Of a stretch of 64,000 nt of DNA, positions 63,361-64,000 are shown piece by piece; position 1 is the first letter of the stretch, and each line of letters opens with the position of its first letter. The notes under the pieces were generated by a model, which worked only from the letters and a program-made list of their open reading frames with translations, was not told the origin of the DNA and ran no database searches. Made by a program: the position numbers and the translations under genes. This DNA comes from Sphyrna mokarran (lineage: Eukaryota), in contig JAGIQG010000040.1 in assembly GCA_024679065.1 (NCBI GenBank), positions 10,850,001-10,914,000 on the forward strand, read 5' to 3'.

Positions 63361-63504
63361 CTGCAAATAGTTTTATTTCTAAAACTGTATGAAAATTCCC
63401 ACCTGACACTATTCAGTCAAGGAAACTTTGTTCAGTTTAAGAATGTCCATGAATACTGCAGACGCACTTCCAACTCTTCCAATGCTATTTTTTGTTAACT
63501 CAGG

Positions 63505-63610
63505 TTTTTTCAATGCAGACACGGGACGAACATGCAGACTCCACACAGTCACACTAGATGAGAATCAAACCTGGGTCCCTGGCACTGAGGAAGCAGTACT
63601 AAACACTGTG
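63505..63610 (-). mobile_element. V-SINE 5' fragment
   Basis: gcagacacgggacgaacatgcagactccacacag. Confidence 0.65.
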
Positions 63611-64000
63611 TAACCTGAGACGCCATGAGCTCCTCACACTTGTTGGAGCTGAGGATGGAGATAACAGACAGAATCCTTTGTGACAGAGCTATTAAAAAAG
63701 ACTTGATACACCTTGTTGAATACAAAGCTGATTTAGTTGACTTTTATCTAGAATGCCAACTCCTGTAACTAAGCTGGAGTTTATTTAATGTTAAGGACAC
63801 AGATTTTGCTCAATGTTGTGCTGTCTACAGTTGGAGAGGATGCAGAGACGGGAATAATTCAAGAGGTCCATACAAGATTGAATAAAAACAGTAAACAGGT
63901 TTGTTTTTGGTTTGCACTCGACAACTTCAATTCCGCAACTACTGGCAGCCTGCAGAGAGCTGATGATGTCACAGAGTGATTACGTGACTGTCGTTTTAAA

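Overview
Vertebrate DNA, almost certainly a cartilaginous fish (shark). This is inferred from the IgM CH4/TM sequence, V-SINEs, CR1 tails and Penelope remnants. The window holds four intact two-exon GPR139-like class A GPCR genes, two of them a recent inverted duplicate. It also holds an orphan 3' end of an IgM heavy-chain gene (CH4 with secretory tail, TM1, TM2; no V/D/J/CH1-3 seen), about 20 tRNA genes or pseudogenes in a mosaic of local duplications, one C2H2 zinc-finger gene, CpG-island promoters, and many CR1, V-SINE, Penelope, Rex and Gypsy remnants. Best lead: the GPR139-like genes behave like a chemoreceptor-type family. Divergent paralogs share a homeodomain+EBF(O/E)-like motif just upstream of a TATA-like box, and the young duplicate pair differs mostly in extracellular loops. 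Also notable are an intron-containing tRNA-Pro(AGG), anticodon-switched tRNA copies and an intact minimal hammerhead ribozyme. All calls were made by eye without database searches; repeat boundaries are approximate.
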